Shown one piece after another: positions 63,090 through 64,000 of a stretch of 64,000 nt of DNA. Each line of letters starts with the position of its first letter. The stretch's first letter is position 1. The position numbers and the translations under genes were made by a program. The DNA comes from Glaucostegus cemiculus (lineage: Eukaryota): contig CDPCPM010000076.1 in assembly GCA_976551045.1 (NCBI GenBank), positions 31,310,001 to 31,374,000 on the forward strand, given 5' to 3'. The notes beneath the pieces were generated by a model. It saw nothing but the letters and a program-made list of their open reading frames with translations, was not told where the DNA came from and ran no database searches.

Positions 63090-63922
63090 GGTATTGGTAT
63101 ATTATTGTTACTTGTACTGAGGTACAGTGTAAAGCTTGTCTTACAAACTGATCATACAGGCCAATTCATTTCACAGTGCAGTTACATTGAGTCATTACAG
63201 GGTGCATTGATGTAGTACAGGTAAAAACAATAACAGTACAGAGTAAAGTGTCATAGCTACAGAGAAAGTGCAGTGCAATAAGGTGCAAGGTCACAACAAG
63301 GTAGATTGTGAGGCCATACTCCATCTCATTGTACAAGGGAACTGTTCAATAGTCTTATCACAGTGGGGGTAGAAGCTGTCCTTAAGTCTGTGGTACATGC
63401 CCTCAGTCACCTTTATCTTCTACCCAATGGAAGAGGAGAGAAGAGAGAATGTCCCGGGTGGGTGGGGTCTTTGATTATGCTGGCTGCTTCACCAAGACAG
63501 CGAGAGGTAAAGACAGAGTACAAGGAGGGGAGGCTGGTGTCCATAATGCACTGGGCTGTGTCCACAACTCTCTTCACTTCTTGCAGTCCTGGGCAGTGCA
63601 GTTGCTGTACCAAGCCATGATACAACCAGATTGGATGCTTTCTACAGTGCATCTGTAAAAGTTGGTGAGAGTCAAAGAGGACAAACCAAGTTTCTTTAGC
63701 CTCCTGAGGAAGTAGAGGCGCTGGTGAGCTTTCTGGTCCATGGCTTCTATGCAATTTGACCAGCAGGGGCTGTTGGTGATGTTCACTCCCAGGAACTTGA
63801 AGCTTTCAACCCTCTACCTCAGCACCATGTTGTAGACAGGTGCATGTACACCACCCCCCTTCCTGAAGTCAATGACCAGCTCTTTTGTTTTGTTGACATT
63901 GAGGGCAAGGTTGTTGTCAATG
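63090..63922 (-). mobile_element. Rex1/Babar-type LINE 3' portion
   Basis: KAHQRLYFLRRLKKLG, NFYRCTVESIQSGCIMAWY and IIKDPTHPGHSLFSPLPLGRR. Tail ggtattggtatattattgt. Confidence 0.92.
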
Positions 63923-64000
63923 TATGCATCTGTCCAAACACTCCAACTTGCTTCCTCTTTGCCTTCCTTCGAAACAAAAAAAATCATGACTATAGAAGTG

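Overview
This is eukaryotic, repeat-rich, CpG-depleted vertebrate DNA. The repeat content points to a cartilaginous fish, probably a batoid (inference): HE1-like V-SINEs, SacSINE1-like Deu-SINEs, CR1/HER1-type LINEs, Rex1/Babar LINEs, Penelope-like elements (PLEs) and Harbinger fossils. No host protein-coding gene, RNA gene or CRISPR array can be identified, so the window looks intronic or intergenic, with a few weak isolated exon candidates. Nearly all long ORFs come from transposons. Highlights: (1) a ~0.9 kb CpG-rich composite non-autonomous retroelement with SVA-like architecture (microsatellite, YY1-motif 5' end, 36-bp VNTR, Rex1-type 3' end and tail), inserted in a PLE; (2) minimal type I hammerhead ribozyme motifs in PLE termini, and PLE-derived fold-back units with 12-15 bp target-site duplications (TSDs); (3) a young 5'-truncated CR1 with an uninterrupted RT-only ORF and an in-frame ATG at the junction; (4) a fossil two-gene Harbinger (transposase plus Myb/SANT) and three more Myb relics, one carrying a near-perfect hairpin. 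Family names come from recognising motifs, not from database searches. Boundaries of old elements are approximate.
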